DNA of 64,000 nt from an uncultured delta proteobacterium (GTDB lineage: Bacteria > Desulfobacterota > Desulfobacteria > Desulfobacterales > JAFDCJ01). The notes beneath the pieces are model-generated. The model saw only the letters and a program-made list of their open reading frames with translations. It was not told the origin of the DNA and did not search any database. The first letter of the stretch is position 1; the number at the start of each line of letters is the position of its first letter. This document shows positions 10,161 through 19,988 of this stretch, piece by piece. The stretch is taken from the NCBI GenBank assembly GCA_963769935.1, contig CAVYNY010000022.1, positions 640,001 to 704,000 on the forward strand. The letters are read 5' to 3'. Both the position numbers and the translations under genes were made by a program.

Positions 10161-10547
10161 TCATCCGCAGCCACAGCCGCAGTTACACTCTCCGCCGCCA
10201 TGCGCGGTCATATCGGCCAGGGCGCGCACGATGTCCCTGCTGTCAACAGCCGATATTTCACAGATTTTGGCTTTCAAGTATACCCCATCCCGGCCTTCAA
10301 AAAGGTCCCAAATCGGCGGAAGCAAATGTTCGAAGAATTTGTGGAGCGTTTCCCTTTCCAGATGAAGTAGAATTTCTTCGCCTGCCGCTTTTTCCACCAA
10401 TTCGTATTCAAAAGGCGTCATGCCCTCCGGGGCCAGGCCGAAGATGAATTGAAATTCGGGGTGCTTCGGGATGAGGTCCATCCTGTCTGGTGAAGTGCCG
10501 GCCCGGACGGTGAGGGTGATTTTTTTGAGAGGTTCTACTTTGGTCAT
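10161..10547 (-). CDS. Hypothetical protein with SlyD/FKBP-like segment and Cys-rich tail
   Basis: FQFIFGLAPEGMTPFEYEL; C-terminus HGGECNCGCGCG. Confidence 0.65.
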   Translation of the reverse strand: MTKVEPLKKITLTVRAGTSPDRMDLIPKHPEFQFIFGLAPEGMTPFEYELVEKAAGEEILLHLERETLHKFFEHLLPPIWDLFEGRDGVYLKAKICEISAVDSRDIVRALADMTAHGGGECNCGCGCG

Positions 10548-10750
10548 ATTCGACCTCATTTTTAGGTTTGTAATCTCACGCCCGCTTCGCTCGAGTTCGC
10601 AGAGGGCGCAGAGGCGATTTGTTTTTGTGGTCTGATTTTAAAAGAGAAAAAAAATCAGGCCAATTTGAAAGTCCCTGATTGGCTATTTTAGGTTTCTCTG
10701 TGTTCTTCGCGATCTCTGTGAGAGATAATTCTTATCATATTTCCCTCCGT

Positions 10751-11716
10751 TCAATCCAGGTGCCTGGGCGGTTTGCCGATTTTGTCTCCCAGCGCTCTTT
10801 CCCGGTTTTCCACGATTAAGTCCGCTATTTCACTGATCGCATTTTTAAGCCACATGGCGGTTTGGGAGCCCTCGATGTAGTTGGCTTCGCCGAACGACTG
10901 CACCCGGCCCTGCTTTTGAAGGTTGTTGACCTGGGAGAATTCTTCTTTCGAACCGGGGCGGTAGACGGCAAAGGTTCGACCTCCGAAGCGGTTGACAATC
11001 GAAAACACGGGAACGTCGCTCGGCCCGTCGGCGACATAGATCATGTTCTGAAAGGGTACGCGGCGATCCTCGTCCGGAATCTTGGCGTTGACATCGATAT
11101 CCGGGATTTTGTTGCTGCCCTTGTTGATTTCAAATATGGCCCTGGTTTTGGTGGTGTTGTCCAGGGCATAGGCCAGCTGCGAAATGATTTTCGGCGGCGC
11201 CGGCTTGCCGGACTTGGACGGTGTCAGATAGCCGGGCGGCGGCGGCTGCTCCACGAACTCACAGCCCCAGACACCATCGATGTAGGGTGCAATCTCACTG
11301 CCCAGTATCATTTGCAGCAGGCCGGTGGAGACAACATAGTGCTCGACCTGGATTTCATGCTGCCGGTAGCCGGGGTTGTCCCGCACAAAATTTTTTACCT
11401 CATCGAAAAAGCCCGGCAGTCCCTGATAAAATTTTATCTCAGCTCCCAGCGAGCGCAAGGTGTGGTTGTTCAGCCCTTTGAAGACGCCTTCCCGGGTGTA
11501 GGTTAGAATGTGATTGAGGTAGGCCGTGTCGGAGGCAATCATTTCCAGACCGCTTTTGCGGTAGTAATTCGGCAGCCCGGCGACTTCCTGCCAGAATATT
11601 TTAGGATCGACCTGGTAGTACGCGAAAAGCGGCTCCTGCATGTAGCCGGGGATCAGGGTTTTATCGAAGTCCCAGATGCAGGCGATGATATTTTGCAAGA
11701 AAAGTGGTTGGGGCAT
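10751..11716 (-). CDS. HAD-superfamily hydrolase
   Basis: Motif I WDFDKTL, VVSTG, motif IV ADGPSDVP; start 11716 or 11737. Confidence 0.85.
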   Translation of the reverse strand: MPQPLFLQNIIACIWDFDKTLIPGYMQEPLFAYYQVDPKIFWQEVAGLPNYYRKSGLEMIASDTAYLNHILTYTREGVFKGLNNHTLRSLGAEIKFYQGLPGFFDEVKNFVRDNPGYRQHEIQVEHYVVSTGLLQMILGSEIAPYIDGVWGCEFVEQPPPPGYLTPSKSGKPAPPKIISQLAYALDNTTKTRAIFEINKGSNKIPDIDVNAKIPDEDRRVPFQNMIYVADGPSDVPVFSIVNRFGGRTFAVYRPGSKEEFSQVNNLQKQGRVQSFGEANYIEGSQTAMWLKNAISEIADLIVENRERALGDKIGKPPRHLD

Positions 11717-11809
11717 CCTGTTACCTATCGGAAACAATTTCAGGTTCTAGATTTCGGATTTCGGAATTAGAACAAGGGAGGAAATCCGATTATTCCACTG
11801 CAGCCAGCG

Positions 11810-12025
11810 CAGCGCCGGCCCGATACCCTTGCGAACGGCGGCCAGCGGGTACATCAGCCAGGGATCGGTCAGGGTGCTGAGCATATAACCCACAGCCGGA
11901 TTTTCCCAGGACCACGTCATGGGGGGCTCCTTACCGGTACCTTTCTCAGGGCTGACGCCGTAGATCATCACGGTGGTGTCCATGGTCATTCCGACGCCGG
12001 CGCCGCAGGTGAAATTTTTGCCTTG
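11810..12025 (-). pseudogene. Gene remnant, possibly part of a GMC-type oxidoreductase
   Basis: Coding-like stretch AGVGMTMDTTVMIYG...PPMTWSWENPAVGYMLSTLTDPWLMYP with no clear start; family assignment from recall only. Confidence 0.25.
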
Positions 12026-12049
12026 TTGTTTACTTCGGGCCGGGATTCT

Positions 12050-12619
12050 TTACTGCATTTTCATTTTATCTACCACAATCCAGGCGGTGTAGCGGCCGTC
12101 GCTTTCAATGGCGGGCCGATATCCATGGTCGGCGATCATATCGTGTATTTTTTCGGGGGCGTAAAAATGGCTGCGCATCAACAGCAACTTTTCAATCAGG
12201 GCCAGAACCTTGACTCCTTTGTGATTAAAATCGGGCTCTTCGATGACCAGTCGGCCGCCGGGTTTGAGAACGCGCAGCATATCTTCGATCGCCTCCTGCT
12301 GGTCGCAGAAGTGATGCAGTGCGTCAACCACCAGTATCCGGTCGAAACAGCCGTCGCTGAACGGCAGACGCTCGATATGGGCACAAACGGGGTTTAACTG
12401 CTTCTCCAGCGCCTTTTGCAGCATGCGCCGGGACAAGTCGCTGATGACGGTATGGCCCGCCAGTGACCGGAGATGCGCTGAAACCCGGCCGGTTCCGCCG
12501 CCGCCGTCCAGCAGCCAACCTGCGGTCGGCAGTCGCAAAAGCTGCCGCAGACGCCCGGTGTCCGGCGGACCGATCAGACGGTCGTAGATGGAGGCGATGA
12601 AGTCGAAATGATCGAGCAT
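12050..12619 (-). CDS. Class I SAM-dependent methyltransferase
   Basis: LLDGGGGTG, LPFSDGCFD, RVLKPGG. Confidence 0.9.
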   Translation of the reverse strand: MLDHFDFIASIYDRLIGPPDTGRLRQLLRLPTAGWLLDGGGGTGRVSAHLRSLAGHTVISDLSRRMLQKALEKQLNPVCAHIERLPFSDGCFDRILVVDALHHFCDQQEAIEDMLRVLKPGGRLVIEEPDFNHKGVKVLALIEKLLLMRSHFYAPEKIHDMIADHGYRPAIESDGRYTAWIVVDKMKMQ

Positions 12620-12922
12620 GGGGCATCCAGTATAAATTCGTACTTTTGGAATTTGATCATACTTGGCGGCCGGCCGACATGCAAGAACATTTATTCATTG
12701 TCGCAATCTGTCAGATATGCACAGGGCCCTAACTATCCGCCGTGCACTGCAGTATTGATTTAATCAACCAATTACGCTATTCTAATTTTAATCGGTGCTG
12801 GTCAACATTCTTTTGCTTTTTCAGCAAGCATTTACATCAGATGGGACCCTGCCGGTTTTCTGACAGGGTTTTAGACCCCAAGCAGACGATTTGGCATCGG
12901 GTCCCGCGCGTCAGGAGAGTCC

Positions 12923-13432
12923 GTGATGACACACTGTGTGTTGTTAAATGCCGACTACACGTTTTTAAATCTGGTAAACTGGAAGCGGGCGATTTGTTTG
13001 ATGGCCAAAGGCAAGGTGGAGGTGGTAAAAGACTCCCAGCGCACCGTTCGCAATGCCAGCGGCGGGGAGTTGAAAGTTCCGGCCGTGATGCGGCTGATCA
13101 AGCTGATCCGAACCATTTATCGAACCAGTGTCACCTTTACCAAAAGAAACGTACTGATCAGAGATCATTTCAAATGCGCTTACTGCGGCGCCAGCAAGGA
13201 AAGGCTGTCCATTGATCACATCATACCCAAATCAAGGGGGGGCAAGATGACGTTTGAAAATTGCGTGGCAGCCTGTAAGGCATGCAATTTGGAAAAAGGC
13301 GGCCGCACCCCCAGTGAAGCGCGAATGTATCTCAAGTTTAAACCCTATCAGCCGACCATTTCCGAATTTTTGCGATTAAAATTTGAAAGTCTGGGCATTC
13401 ACGATGTCCTGCGGGAACTGGGTGTCTTCTAA
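12923..13432 (+). CDS. HNH endonuclease (McrA-like)
   Basis: RDHFKCAYCG, SIDHIIPKSRGG, NCVAACKACNLEKG; AGGAGAG RBS; start may be 12926. Confidence 0.92.
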   Translation: MMTHCVLLNADYTFLNLVNWKRAICLMAKGKVEVVKDSQRTVRNASGGELKVPAVMRLIKLIRTIYRTSVTFTKRNVLIRDHFKCAYCGASKERLSIDHIIPKSRGGKMTFENCVAACKACNLEKGGRTPSEARMYLKFKPYQPTISEFLRLKFESLGIHDVLRELGVF

Positions 13433-13546
13433 CCCGGTCCTTAATCCCGGCAAGCCGGCCGGCGCCTATCGGAGATCACGGCCTATAGGGGAGCCCCAAA
13501 AGGACGATTCAACCACCATCCAAACGAATTAAAGAATGAGGAGAAT

Positions 13547-14927
13547 ATGAAGATAATTGTTGTCGGTACCGGATACGTTGGTCTCGTGCATGCAGCGGTG
13601 TGCTCGGAGTACGGCCATGAAGTCAACGCGCACGATATAGACAAGGAGAAGATCGACGCCTTTTCCAGCGGGCAGGCCGATCAGATTGAAAAACACGTCA
13701 ACGAGCCCGGTCTGGTCAATATTATCCGGGATACCCTCGGAAAATCCCTGTTTTTTTCCCATGATTTCAAAGCCATTATGGAAGGGACCGATGCGATTTT
13801 TATGTGTCTGCCGACGCCTTCCAATATTGACGGATCTACCAACCTGATGTTTTATGATGCCGCGGCCGAGCGCATTGCGGAAGTACTTGCCGGCAGAAAA
13901 GATAAGCGCCGGGTGGTTCTGGTGAACAAAAGCACGGTCCCCATCGGCACGGCGCGGCATCTGGAAGATATATTGCGGACCCACGAGGTTGAAAATTTCG
14001 GGGTGGCCTCCAATCCGGAGTTTCTGGCCGAAGGCACCGCGGTGGTGGACGCGCGGCGGCCGGACCGGGTGGTGGTGGGCTGCGACACGGCTGAAGACTT
14101 CAACATCCTGAGGCGGGTCTACTCGCAGTTTGTGCATCATGTGCGCATCAAATACATCGAGACCACGCCGGAGACGGCCGAGGCCATCAAATACGTGGCC
14201 AACAGCATGCTGCTGACCTATATTTCCTTCTGGAACGGTGTCGGCGCTAAAATCGGCGAAAAAATGGTCAACGTCAACATCGATGACCTCCGGCTCGGGG
14301 TGACGGCCGACGACCGCATCAGCACCTGGGGTTCGTTTGTCAGCAACGGCGCGGGGGGCAGTTGTTTCGGCAAAGATATCGCATCCCTTATTTATCAGAT
14401 GCGCCGGGTGAACGTGAGTACCAAGATGCTGGAGGCGTCTTTTGAAGTCAACGAGTACCAAAAGGTTTATCTGATTGACCGGGCCATTACCGAAGCCGGG
14501 TTCAAATTCAACAACAAGACCGTGGCCGTGATAGGTCTGGCTTTCAAAAAGCACACCAATGACATGCGGGATGCCTCCTCCATAAAAGTCATCGAATCCC
14601 TGCTCGGGAAAGGGGTGGCCGCCATCCATGCCTATGATCCGCTGGCCAATGACACGGCCAGGGTGGTTTTTGATCCCTCCAAAAACATTCTGTTTGAAAA
14701 GATTAAATATTTTAACTCTGCCAAAGAAGCCATCCTCCAAATCTCACGCACTTTTCATATCTTCGGACTGTGAGGAGTTCAGAGGTTTTTCCCGCACCAT
14801 TGAAGATACGGTGAAACCTCCCTATCTGGTGATGGACGGAAGACGCATGATTCCCGATTACGGCGAGCTGCTGGCCAAAAAATACTCATACCTGGCCGTC
14901 GGCTCAATGGTAATGACGCCGGCGTAA
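13547..14927 (+). CDS. ugd: UDP-glucose/GDP-mannose dehydrogenase, frameshifted by an extra base near 14734
   Basis: GTGYVG, KSTVPIG, NPEFLAEG, catalytic GGSCFGKD, GLAFK. The C-terminus SKSHALFISSD...MDGRR continues in another frame to the stop at 14927. Confidence 0.88.
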
Positions 14928-14933
14928 GGCGGG

Positions 14934-15035
14934 AAATTGAATATTGAAAATTGAATACTTGCGGCTGTCGCTCCGTCATACTTTTGATGGAACTTTTTTA
15001 AATTTGGAGAATTCCTCAAATATTCAATTGAAAGG
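14934..15035. repeat. ATTGAAT-ended palindromic intergenic element
   Basis: ATTGAATATTGAAAATTGAATACTTGCGGCTGTCGCTCCGTC...AAATATTCAATT, related to the copies at 6361 and 63579. Confidence 0.65.
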
Positions 15036-15052
15036 TCAGGGCCAAAGACATC

Positions 15053-15943
15053 ATGAAAGGGATAATCCTGGCGGGTGGATCGGGTTCAAGACTGTATCCG
15101 CTAACCCTCGGCGTCAGCAAACAGCTGTTGCCGGTATATGACAAACCCATGATATATTACCCGCTGTCAGTGTTAATGACGGCGGGAATCCGCGATATTT
15201 TATTCATATCCACGCCGCACGATCTGCCGATTTTTCGTAAAATCCTCGGCGACGGTTCGCATTTGGGTATGTCGTTTTACTATGCCGAACAGCCGCGCCC
15301 CGAAGGGCTGGCCCAGGCCTTTGTCATCGGGCGCTCATTTATCGGGCACGATCCGGTCTGTCTGATTCTCGGGGATAATATTTTCTACGGTCAGGGTCTT
15401 TCCAACATCCTGCAACGTGCCGTCCTAATTTCAAAAGGCGGCCTGATTTTCGGATACCTGGTGCGCGATCCCGAAAGATACGGCGTTGTCGAATTCAATG
15501 CGGACGGCCTGGTAACGGACATTATCGAAAAACCCCAAAAACCGCGTTCGCACTATGCGGTGCCCGGACTTTATTTTTATGACAATGAGGTCGTGGATAT
15601 CGCCCGGGATCTGAAGCCTTCGGCGCGCGGCGAACTGGAGATCACCGACGTCAACCTGGCCTATTTGAAGCGCGGCGATTTGAAGGTAGAACTGTTGGGA
15701 AGGGGCTTTGCCTGGCTGGATACCGGAACCCATGAAGCTCTCCAGCAGGCTGCCAGCTACGTGCAGGCGATTCAGGAAAGGCAGGGTCTGAAAATATCCT
15801 GTGTGGAAGAGGTCGCCTTTCGACAGGGATACATCGACAGTGAGCAGCTCAGGCTGCTGGCCTCCAATTACAAGCAAAATGACTACGGGCGCTATCTAGT
15901 AGATATCGCCGACGAGGAGGATGGAATTGGCCTGAGTTTTTAG
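15053..15943 (+). CDS. rfbA: Glucose-1-phosphate thymidylyltransferase
   Basis: [49 protein letters not shown]. Confidence 0.97.
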   Translation: MKGIILAGGSGSRLYPLTLGVSKQLLPVYDKPMIYYPLSVLMTAGIRDILFISTPHDLPIFRKILGDGSHLGMSFYYAEQPRPEGLAQAFVIGRSFIGHDPVCLILGDNIFYGQGLSNILQRAVLISKGGLIFGYLVRDPERYGVVEFNADGLVTDIIEKPQKPRSHYAVPGLYFYDNEVVDIARDLKPSARGELEITDVNLAYLKRGDLKVELLGRGFAWLDTGTHEALQQAASYVQAIQERQGLKISCVEEVAFRQGYIDSEQLRLLASNYKQNDYGRYLVDIADEEDGIGLSF

Positions 15944-15950
15944 CGTTTAG

Positions 15951-16322
15951 GCCTATAGCTCATAGCTTGTTGGGTTTCTGGATGCTGGATGCTGCGATAC
16001 TGGATACGGGATGGTAGATTGTAATGGGTGCAGGCTATAAGGTTTAAGGCCCAAGGCATACGGCGCACGGCGAACGGTATATGGTTTAAGGTGTAAGGTC
16101 TAAGGTTAAAGGCCAAAGGCTAAAAGCTATAGGCGGCGGGCACAATTTCTCACCTTCTCCCCTTCTTTTTTTGCCTTGTGCCTTGTGCCGTGGGCCTTTC
16201 GCCTATCCCATAGCACCTTCCCAACCTCTCAACTTCTGTCCTCCGCCCTCGGTCTTCTGACTATGCACTATGAGCTATCAGCTATGAGCGGTTTTATCTG
16301 TCCTCCGTCTTCTGTCTTCTGA
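15951..16322. repeat. Nested inverted arrays of degenerate heptamer repeats
   Basis: TATAGCTCATAGCT pairs with AGCTATCAGCTATGAGC; AGGCCCAAGGCATACGGCGCACGGC pairs with GCCTTGTGCCTTGTGCCGTGGGCCT; also CTGGATG and TCTGTCT runs. Confidence 0.75.
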
Positions 16323-16329
16323 TATTTCC

Positions 16330-16358
16330 TTGACACACTCCCGGATACAGAGTACAAA
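16330..16358 (+). promoter_or_regulatory. Putative sigma70 promoter of ileS-lspA
   Basis: TTGACA-N17-TACAAA, about 40 nt before the start codon. Confidence 0.6.
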
Positions 16359-16395
16359 TCAACGTTTAAAAAATTATCCGAAGCAGGGGGATTCA

Positions 16396-19191
16396 ATGGA
16401 CTATAAAAAGACACTCAACCTTCCGTCAACCCAGTTTCCCATGAAAGCCAGCCTGGCCAAACGGGAACCGGAACAGCTGGCAATATGGCAGCAAACCCGT
16501 CTGTACGATAAGATCCGTGAGGATTCCAAAGGCAGGGAGCAGTTTATCCTACACGACGGCCCCCCCTATGCCAACGGATATATTCATATTGGAACCGCCC
16601 TCAACAAAATACTGAAAGACATCATTGTCCGCTCAAAGCAGATGGCCGGCTACGATGCCATTTACGTGCCGGGCTGGGACTGCCATGGACTTCCCATCGA
16701 GCATAACGTCGATAAAGAGCTCGGGCATAAAAAGAAAGAACTGAGCATGCCCCAGGTGCGCCGGTTGTGTCGGGCCTATGCCGAAAAGTATATCGACATC
16801 CAGCGTGAAGAATTCAAGCGGCTGGGAGTGATGGGCGTCTGGGATGATCCTTATCTGACCATGAACTATGATTATGAAGCCACCATCGCCCGGGAATGCG
16901 GCAAATTCGCCCTGAACGGCGGTCTGTTTCGCAGCAAAAAACCGATTTACTGGTGTTATACCTGCCAGACTGCTCTGGCCGAAGCTGAAATCGAATATCA
17001 AGATGATACCACGCCTTCGATTTATGTAAAATTTCGGCTGAAGGACGATCTCAGCAGCGAGCTGCCCGAACTGGCCGGCAAAAAGGTTTACGTGGTCATC
17101 TGGACCACCACCCCGTGGACAATTCCGGCCAATCTGGCCATTGCACTGCACCCCGACTTTGAATACGCAGCCGTGGATACCGGCGACGAGGTGTATATTA
17201 TGGCGCGGGAACTTGTCGAGGCCTGCATGCGGACCTTCGGCATCGCCGAATATTCCGTCATCGGCAGCCTCGATCCCCGGATCCTGGAGAAAAAACGCTG
17301 CACCCACCCGCTGTATCCACGTGATTCCCTGATCATCCTGGGACCGCATGTCACCCTGGATGCCGGCACCGGCTGCGTGCATACCGCCCCCGGCCACGGT
17401 CGCGAAGATCACGAGGTGGGTTTGCTGTACGATCTGGAAGTCTACTCGCCGGTAGACAACAAGGGCTGCTTTACCGATGAGGTTGAATTTTTCCAAGGAC
17501 AATTTGTCTTTGACGCCAATAAAAGCATCAACGCCAAACTCAAGGAGGCCGGTGCGCTGGTCAAGGAGGAAAGTTTTGAGCATTCCTATCCGCATTGCTG
17601 GCGCTGCAAACAGCCGGTCATTTTCCGGGCGACGCCCCAGTGGTTTATCTCTATGGAAAAAAATGATCTGCGCAAAAATTCGCTGGCGGCCATCGACACC
17701 GTCAAATGGATACCCCACTGGGGGCGTGACAGAATTTACGGCATGATTGAAAACCGGCCGGACTGGTGCGTTTCACGGCAGCGGGCCTGGGGGGTGCCGA
17801 TCACGGTCTTTTATTGTGACCAATGCGAGACGCTGCTGCTGGATCAGCAGATCATGGAAAATATCTATCAGATGTTTGAAGCCCACGGTGCGGATATCTG
17901 GTTCGAAAAAGATGTCGACGAGCTGTTGCCGGACAACGTCGTCTGCCGGGCGTGCGGCAATAAAAGTTTCGTTAAAGAAACCGACATTCTGGACGTCTGG
18001 TTTGATTCCGGGGTGAGTCATGCCGCGGTGCTCGAGCACCGGCCCTATTTAAGATGGCCGGCGGATCTTTACCTGGAGGGCAGCGATCAGCACCGCGGAT
18101 GGTTTCACAGCGCCCTGCTGACGGCAGTCGGCACACGCCAACGGGCACCCTACGAAGCCGTTTTAACCCACGGCTTCGTGGTGGACGCCGAAGGACACAA
18201 GATGTCCAAGTCCATCGGCAACGTCATCTCTCCCAGTGAGGTGATCGAAAAATACGGTGCCGAAATTCTGCGTCTCTGGGTTTCTGCATCGGACTACCGG
18301 GAGGATATTCGCATATCCGACAACATCTTAAAGCAGCTCAGCGACGCCTACCGGCGCATCCGAAACACGAGCCGCTTTATGCTGGGCAACCTCTATGATT
18401 TCGATCCCGATCAAACCGCAGTGGCCTATGAATCCATGCTGGAAGTCGATCGTTTTGCGCTGCACAAGCTGCAGCTGCTGGCCGAAAAAGCGCGCAAAGC
18501 CTATGATACCTATGAGTTTCATGTGATCTATCATGCCCTTTATAACTACTGTACGCTGGATCTCTCGGCATTTTACCTGGATATCCTCAAGGATCGGTTG
18601 TACACCTCTCCGCCGCAATCCGTAGCGCGCCGAAGCGCCCAGAGCGTTTTGCATATTATCCTGGACACCATTGCGCGCCTGATGGCACCGATTTTGCCGT
18701 TCACTTCCGATGAAATCTGGCAGTACATGCCGGTCCGCAGCGGCAAAGAATCCAATATTCATCTGTCCCGGCTGCCGGAGGTAAATCCCTCCTTCAAGGA
18801 TGAGGCTCTGGCCGGCCGGTGGGAATTTCTGCTGAAAGTGCGCGGGGAAGTCACCCGGGCCCTGGAGGAGGCGCGTGCTCAAAAGCTGATCGGACATCCC
18901 CTGGACGCCGCGGTGACCATCTCGGCCCAAGGGGCGGCCTTTGACGCCCTGGAACCGCTGGCAGCCGATTTAAGATCATTGCTGATCGTATCCAAAGCCG
19001 AGCTGGTCAGGGGTGAAGCCCTGAACGGTGCGTTCAGGGGCATTGAAATCGAAGACTTGCTGATTAAAGTGGCGCCGGCGCCGGGCGATAAATGTGAACG
19101 CTGCTGGGTACATGAAACCTCGGTTGGAAACGACAGCGAGCAGCCGACCATCTGTCATCGCTGCCGGGATGCCCTGACCCAGATCGGATAG
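16396..19191 (+). CDS. ileS: Isoleucine--tRNA ligase
   Basis: [14 protein letters not shown] (HIGH variant), [21 protein letters not shown]-terminal CERCW..CHRC zinc finger; followed by lspA. Confidence 0.98.
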   Translation: MDYKKTLNLPSTQFPMKASLAKREPEQLAIWQQTRLYDKIREDSKGREQFILHDGPPYANGYIHIGTALNKILKDIIVRSKQMAGYDAIYVPGWDCHGLPIEHNVDKELGHKKKELSMPQVRRLCRAYAEKYIDIQREEFKRLGVMGVWDDPYLTMNYDYEATIARECGKFALNGGLFRSKKPIYWCYTCQTALAEAEIEYQDDTTPSIYVKFRLKDDLSSELPELAGKKVYVVIWTTTPWTIPANLAIALHPDFEYAAVDTGDEVYIMARELVEACMRTFGIAEYSVIGSLDPRILEKKRCTHPLYPRDSLIILGPHVTLDAGTGCVHTAPGHGREDHEVGLLYDLEVYSPVDNKGCFTDEVEFFQGQFVFDANKSINAKLKEAGALVKEESFEHSYPHCWRCKQPVIFRATPQWFISMEKNDLRKNSLAAIDTVKWIPHWGRDRIYGMIENRPDWCVSRQRAWGVPITVFYCDQCETLLLDQQIMENIYQMFEAHGADIWFEKDVDELLPDNVVCRACGNKSFVKETDILDVWFDSGVSHAAVLEHRPYLRWPADLYLEGSDQHRGWFHSALLTAVGTRQRAPYEAVLTHGFVVDAEGHKMSKSIGNVISPSEVIEKYGAEILRLWVSASDYREDIRISDNILKQLSDAYRRIRNTSRFMLGNLYDFDPDQTAVAYESMLEVDRFALHKLQLLAEKARKAYDTYEFHVIYHALYNYCTLDLSAFYLDILKDRLYTSPPQSVARRSAQSVLHIILDTIARLMAPILPFTSDEIWQYMPVRSGKESNIHLSRLPEVNPSFKDEALAGRWEFLLKVRGEVTRALEEARAQKLIGHPLDAAVTISAQGAAFDALEPLAADLRSLLIVSKAELVRGEALNGAFRGIEIEDLLIKVAPAPGDKCERCWVHETSVGNDSEQPTICHRCRDALTQIG

Positions 19192-19204
19192 ATCCTTATT
19201 TGAC

Positions 19205-19690
19205 ATGCTGCTAAACAAATATTCAAGACTGGCAATCGTGGCCGGAATGGTCGTGTCGGCAGACCAGATTTCCAAAGCGCTCATTCTAAACAACCTGCCG
19301 CTGCACCACAGCATTCCGGTCATTGCCGGTTTGTTTGATATCACCCACATACTCAATCCGGGCGGGGCCTTCGGCCTTATGGCCGATATGAGCGTGGTTG
19401 TGCGTACCATTGTTTTTCTCTTTATCTCCTCGATGGCCGTGGGATTGATTTTCTATTTCTACTACAAGACGCCCCCGACCTATAAGCTGCTGGCAACCGG
19501 ATTTGCCCTGATATTCGGCGGCGCCATTGGAAACCTGATCGACAGGGTTCGCTTCGGCACCGTGATCGACTTCCTGGATTTTTACATCGGCAATCATCAT
19601 TGGCCGGCCTTTAACATTGCCGACAGCGCGATTACGGTGGGTATTCTTATTTTCATATACCATCTGGTGTTTAAGAAAATGCCGGATTGA
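19205..19690 (+). CDS. lspA: Lipoprotein signal peptidase II
   Basis: DQISK, NPGGAFG, GAIGNLIDR, VIDFLD, FNIAD. Confidence 0.97.
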   Translation: MLLNKYSRLAIVAGMVVSADQISKALILNNLPLHHSIPVIAGLFDITHILNPGGAFGLMADMSVVVRTIVFLFISSMAVGLIFYFYYKTPPTYKLLATGFALIFGGAIGNLIDRVRFGTVIDFLDFYIGNHHWPAFNIADSAITVGILIFIYHLVFKKMPD

Positions 19691-19760
19691 ACAACCGCGA
19701 ATCGTAAGACCGCGGTCTCAGAGATCGAGGTCGGGATATTGAATACCTATAATATCACAA

Positions 19761-19976
19761 GGGAGTATTGGAGTGTTGGAGTACTGGAGTATTGGACTAA
19801 ATCCAGGACGGCGTAAATACAGGCTGCTTAAAAAAAGCGGACTTGGTGCGTTTTTCGGAGGACGTTTTTGATTTAAGTATCAGTCCCGGAATATAATTCC
19901 TGTCAACTGATACGCGCACCCAACTTCCGAGTAGCGTTATTCCATTACTCCATCACTCCAATACTCCAGCACTCCA
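19761..19976. repeat. Inverted arrays of an 8-mer (TGGAGTRN) around a ~145-nt spacer
   Basis: GGAGTATTGGAGTGTTGGAGTACTGGAGTATTGGA (19762-19796) against TCCATTACTCCATCACTCCAATACTCCAGCACTCCA (19941-19976). Confidence 0.85.
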
Positions 19977-19988
19977 CAATTTTTAATC

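Noticed and set aside
10158..10163. TGA-TAA after CGCG read as a C-terminal selenocysteine
   Set aside because: No convincing bacterial SECIS hairpin follows the TGA; tandem stop codons are the simpler reading.
12050..13432. Methyltransferase plus HNH as a restriction-modification system
   Set aside because: The methyltransferase is a short UbiE-like protein without DPPY/NPPY or PCQ DNA-methylase motifs.
13529..14740. 403-aa minus-strand ORF (likewise 5189-6478 and 16633-17718)
   Set aside because: These are antisense shadows of ugd, ilvB and ileS with no recognisable motifs.
16576..16600. ileS HIGT instead of HIGH as a sign of inactivation
   Set aside because: The rest of the enzyme is intact, and the last position of this motif varies among class I synthetases.
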